Source of the DNA: an uncultured Bacteriovoracaceae bacterium
GTDB taxonomy: Bacteria; Bdellovibrionota; Bacteriovoracia; Bacteriovoracales; Bacteriovoracaceae
Reading direction: 5' to 3'
DNA length: 64,000 bases
Assembly (NCBI GenBank): GCA_964012805.1
Contig: CAXGUD010000003.1
Location: forward strand, 101,740 to 165,739
Position 1 is the stretch's first letter. Each line of letters begins with the position of its first letter. Of the stretch, positions 60,685-64,000 are shown in pieces. The position numbers and the translations under genes are program-made. The notes under the pieces are model-generated. The model was not told the DNA's origin. It ran no database searches and saw nothing but the letters and a program-made list of their open reading frames with translations.

Positions 60685-61401
60685 TTAAAGATAGTTTGGT
60701 CTTTTATGATAAGGTAGCGGGTCTTCAACGTTTGCTAATTGAAAAGCTTTCAATCTTAAAGCACATGAGTCGCAGACGCCGCAGGCTTTATCTTCGCTGG
60801 AGTAGCAAGACCATGTTAACTCTAAGGGTGCTTTTAATGAAAGGGCTTTTTTAACGATATCTGATTTTTTCAATTCTATAACAGGCGTGACAACCTCAAT
60901 ATCACCATCTTTTGTTCCTTCTTTAACAAGAGCATTAAGTGCTTTGTAATATGAAGGTCGGCAATCGGGGTAACCAGATGAGTCTTCTGCAACAGCACCG
61001 ATATAGATTTTTTTTGCGCCAATAACTTCGGCCCAACTCACGGCCATGGCAACAATATGGGTGTTTCTAAAAGGTACATAGCTAGTAGGAATCTCTTCGC
61101 TATCACCCTGATAGGAAGTAACATCCATTTTATTATCCGTTAAAGAACTTCCTCCAATTTGGCTAAGAAAGGTAACATCTATGACTTTTCTCTTTTCTTC
61201 TGGAACTTTGTAAAAATCGGCAATATTTCTAAAGCTTTTAAGTTCTCTTTCTTCCGTTTTCTGACCGTAATTAAGGTGTAAAAAGGCCAGCTGATTATGG
61301 TTTTCATTCGCCATGGCCGCTGAGACAAGTGAATCCATTCCACCGCTTACTAGAGCAATTGCCAATTCATTTGATTTTTCGTTTGATTTTTTCTGAATCA
61401 T
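60685..61401 (-). CDS. queC: 7-cyano-7-deazaguanine synthase
   Basis: SGGMDS, YGQK, YVPFRN, YPDCRP, TWSCY, CGVCDSCALR. Confidence 0.95.
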   Translation of the reverse strand: MIQKKSNEKSNELAIALVSGGMDSLVSAAMANENHNQLAFLHLNYGQKTEERELKSFRNIADFYKVPEEKRKVIDVTFLSQIGGSSLTDNKMDVTSYQGDSEEIPTSYVPFRNTHIVAMAVSWAEVIGAKKIYIGAVAEDSSGYPDCRPSYYKALNALVKEGTKDGDIEVVTPVIELKKSDIVKKALSLKAPLELTWSCYSSEDKACGVCDSCALRLKAFQLANVEDPLPYHKRPNYL

Positions 61402-61466
61402 TCTCAGGGAACCTCAATTTTAATTGTCACTTTATCTTTATTTTAATTATAAATGACAGTTTTTTT

Positions 61467-63245
61467 TTAAGCGAGCTCTGCTTGGTTTTTAATGAACTCA
61501 AGTATTTTTTCTATTCTATTTTCGGCGGACTTTTTCTTTTCTTCAAGCGTACCCATGTTTTCACTAATCATGATATAAAATTTAATCTTCGGCTCTGTTC
61601 CCGAGGGTCTTATGCAAATTCTGGCCTTAGAATTGAGGTTATAACAGAGAACATTGCTGGAAGGAAAATCAAATTTCTGAGAAGACCTCGTTTTAAAGTT
61701 GTACAGTTCGCCTTTTTCATAATCTTCTATGGACTCGATGGGCTCATCTTGAAATTTTTCTTTTATTGTTTCACGAAACCTTTCCATAATTCGGTTAATT
61801 TTTTCAGCTCCTTCTTTTCCATAATAATTGAGGCAAAGAAGGTTTTCTTTCGAATATCCAAATTTTTCATAGATCTCATCGAGAGCATCAATTAGGTTCA
61901 TTCCTTTTGATTTATACCAAAGGGCAATTTCGGCCATTAGGGCGACAGATGCAACACCGTCTTTATCTCTAACGTGGCTATGGTTCATATAACCGAAGGA
62001 TTCCTCCGTAGAAAAGACAAAATTTCTATGAGGTTCAGTTTCTTCAATTTGTTTTATTTTCGAACAAATCCATTTAAAGCCCGTTAGTGTGCACTCAGTG
62101 TCTACACCATATTTTTCAGCAATAACTTTTTGAAGAGGAGTTGTGACAATTGTATTGATGAAATAAGGATTTTCAGGCAGCTCATTTTTTTCCTTTTTAG
62201 TCTCGAGGATGTAGTTGAGCATGAGAAGGCCAATCTGGTTGCCATTTGGATAAACGATCTCGCCTTTGTAGGGAAGGGCTATGCCTAATCTATCAGTATC
62301 AGGGTCTGTTCCAAAAACTATATCGGCATTTTCCTTTTCCATAAGGGAAACGGCTTTTTCAAGGGCCTCAGGGTTTTCTGGATTTGGGCTTTTAACAGTG
62401 GGGAAGTTTTCGTCAGGTTCAGCTTGGTCCGGCACAACCATAAAGTTTGTTAACCCCATATTATTTAAAACCCGAGAGCAAGGGATAAGACCCGTCCCAT
62501 GGATAGGTGTAAAAATAATTTTGAGCTCTTTTCCCTTTTCTTTACAAAACTCAGGACGCAGGCAATTAGTTTCGGTGATTTTAAAATAGGCATCTTCAAC
62601 ATCTTGTCCTACCCAATGAATGAGTCCCTCTTCAAGGCCTCTTTCAAAGTCAATATGACTAATTGTAGAGAAGTCTTTTATGTCATAGTAGTTTTTGATA
62701 ATGTTTTGGTCATTCGGTGGCGTTACCTGAGCTCCATCGCTCCAATAAACTTTATAACCATTATATTCAGGAGGGTTGTGGCTTGCAGTAACCATAACAC
62801 CTGCATGAGCTTCATGATACCTAACGGAAAAGGAGAGAAGAGGGACGGGGTTAAGCCTTTCATAAATATAAGAATGAATGCCGTTAGCCGCGAAGACTCC
62901 AGCAGCTTCTTTTGCAAAATCAAAAGAAAAGCGTCGATTATCGTAAGAAATGGCCACTTTGTATTTTCCATCAATAGGATCTTGGTTTTTAATCGTTTCT
63001 GCGAGAGCTTGCGTAGCTTTTCTAACAGTATATTTATTAATCCTATTGAGTCCCTGACCGATAATGCTTCTTATACCCCCAGTTCCAAAAGAGAGGTCTT
63101 TGTAAAACCTTTCTGTAAGTTCTTTTTCATCCTTGGAGTCAATAAGGTCTTGAATTTCTTTCTTTGATGCTGAGTCAAAATAATCGTTTTTTACCCAGGC
63201 TTTCGCTTTTTCCATTATACTTTGTTTCATTTTTTTATCCTTCAA
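61467..63245 (-). CDS. Phosphoglucomutase/phosphomannomutase
   Basis: FGTGGIR, TASHNP, DPDTDR, TGFKW, EESFG, RPSGTEPKIK. Start may be 63230. Confidence 0.93.
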   Translation of the reverse strand: MKDKKMKQSIMEKAKAWVKNDYFDSASKKEIQDLIDSKDEKELTERFYKDLSFGTGGIRSIIGQGLNRINKYTVRKATQALAETIKNQDPIDGKYKVAISYDNRRFSFDFAKEAAGVFAANGIHSYIYERLNPVPLLSFSVRYHEAHAGVMVTASHNPPEYNGYKVYWSDGAQVTPPNDQNIIKNYYDIKDFSTISHIDFERGLEEGLIHWVGQDVEDAYFKITETNCLRPEFCKEKGKELKIIFTPIHGTGLIPCSRVLNNMGLTNFMVVPDQAEPDENFPTVKSPNPENPEALEKAVSLMEKENADIVFGTDPDTDRLGIALPYKGEIVYPNGNQIGLLMLNYILETKKEKNELPENPYFINTIVTTPLQKVIAEKYGVDTECTLTGFKWICSKIKQIEETEPHRNFVFSTEESFGYMNHSHVRDKDGVASVALMAEIALWYKSKGMNLIDALDEIYEKFGYSKENLLCLNYYGKEGAEKINRIMERFRETIKEKFQDEPIESIEDYEKGELYNFKTRSSQKFDFPSSNVLCYNLNSKARICIRPSGTEPKIKFYIMISENMGTLEEKKKSAENRIEKILEFIKNQAELA

Positions 63246-63632
63246 ACCAGCTCTAGTGGCAAAGTCATCTAAACGGGGATGAGCAAACTAATACTAAACT
63301 TACTTTTGGACAGAAAACATCGTATTCTGACAAATTGGCACTAAAAAAGCAACTTTGGGACCCTTGTTTAAGGGGCTCAATAATAAGACTTTCCAAACAA
63401 GCTAAGTAAATTAAGCAAAGTATAAATAGCTTTTATCGGTATGGCTTAAGGATTATTTTTGAAAAACCTGACCTTAATGATATTATAAGGATGCTAAAGG
63501 GGTTGAATTCCTGGGGGAAAATCTTTATAAAAAGAATGTTTTTTAAACTACTGAAAGGGTTTCGGTCGTGACGTGTGGCAGCTATAGACCATCTTAGACC
63601 CAAGGCATATAACATTTTTAAAGGAGCATAAA

Positions 63633-63881
63633 GTGGCCAATCCAAATATGAAACACTCCCAAAATATACCAGGTCCTTGGTATTGTACTGACCCAGATGA
63701 TGACGATGGGGAAGGATGCATTGCCTGTAACGTTTGTTATACCGGAGCTCCAGATTTTTTCGCAGAAGATGATGATGGAAATGCTTACGTTAAAAAGCAG
63801 CCAGAATCGGAAGAAGATATAGAGCTTTGCCAAGAACAATTAGATGCTTGCCCGGTCGCTTCTATTGGAACTGACGGCTGA
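63633..63881 (+). CDS. Single-cluster [4Fe-4S] ferredoxin
   Basis: AAGGAG RBS; CIACNVC...CPVASI; very acidic. Confidence 0.9.
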   Translation: MANPNMKHSQNIPGPWYCTDPDDDDGEGCIACNVCYTGAPDFFAEDDDGNAYVKKQPESEEDIELCQEQLDACPVASIGTDG

Positions 63882-63923
63882 TCCTCAGTTACTTAATTAC
63901 TAAATCAAAAATTTCTTAGATGA

Positions 63924-63955
63924 AAAAGCTTCCTAAATTGGAAGCTTTTCTTTTT
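63924..63955 (+). terminator. Intrinsic terminator after the ferredoxin
   Basis: AAAAGCTTCC-taaatt-GGAAGCTTTT followed by a T-rich run. Confidence 0.8.
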
Positions 63956-64000
63956 CTTTTTCTTTTTCTTTTTCTTTTTCTTTTTCTTTTTCTTTTTCTT
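63950..64000. repeat. Hexamer microsatellite (CTTTTT)n, at least 8.5 units, running off the window
   Basis: Read directly from the sequence. Confidence 0.95.

Noticed and set aside
61402..61466. preQ1 riboswitch upstream of queC
   Set aside because: GAGGTTC is most simply the RBS; no P1 stem with a downstream A-rich tail, only a weak AT-rich hairpin.
61329..63167. Plus-strand ORFs of 188, 102 and 222 aa, and similar short overlapping ORFs throughout the track
   Set aside because: Antisense or off-frame shadows of well-supported genes, with no motifs or RBS.
63433..63459. Sigma28-like promoter upstream of the phosphosugar mutase
   Set aside because: Good -10 (ACCGATAA) but the -35 position is only AAAA; too weak to call.

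Overview
An AT-rich bacterial chromosomal segment of about 55 genes, mostly housekeeping. No rRNA, tRNA, CRISPR array, integrase or transposase was recognisable. Core genes: guaBA, dnaE, pyrD, ltaE, a stand-alone rpsD, yebC, grxD/bolA, an exonuclease-DinG fusion, a complete Na+-NQR locus (nqrA-F, apbE, nqrM), rmuC, a 5'-nucleotidase, OxyR divergent from rubrerythrin/Fe-S oxidoreductase/DUF3501, queC, a phosphosugar mutase and a ferredoxin. The CFI-box-CTERM protein, degenerate HD-GYP regulator, secreted proteases and Na+-NQR suggest a marine Bdellovibrionota (Bacteriovorax/Halobacteriovorax-like) organism; this is inference. The strongest candidate for a little-described system is a minus-strand three-gene unit at 49880-53817. 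It encodes a MotB/ZorB-like subunit with a roughly 570-residue lysine-rich predicted coiled coil between its TM helix and OmpA-like domain, a tail-less MotA/ZorA-like subunit, and a stand-alone cNMP-binding protein, behind a sigma28-like promoter. Other candidates are a phytoene-desaturase-like/fabG/fabZ/fabI lipid cluster, a Nudix-NadD fusion, a secreted TPPII-like subtilase, and an intrinsic terminator inside the apbE signal-peptide codons. All calls come from reading motifs by eye; no database searches were run.
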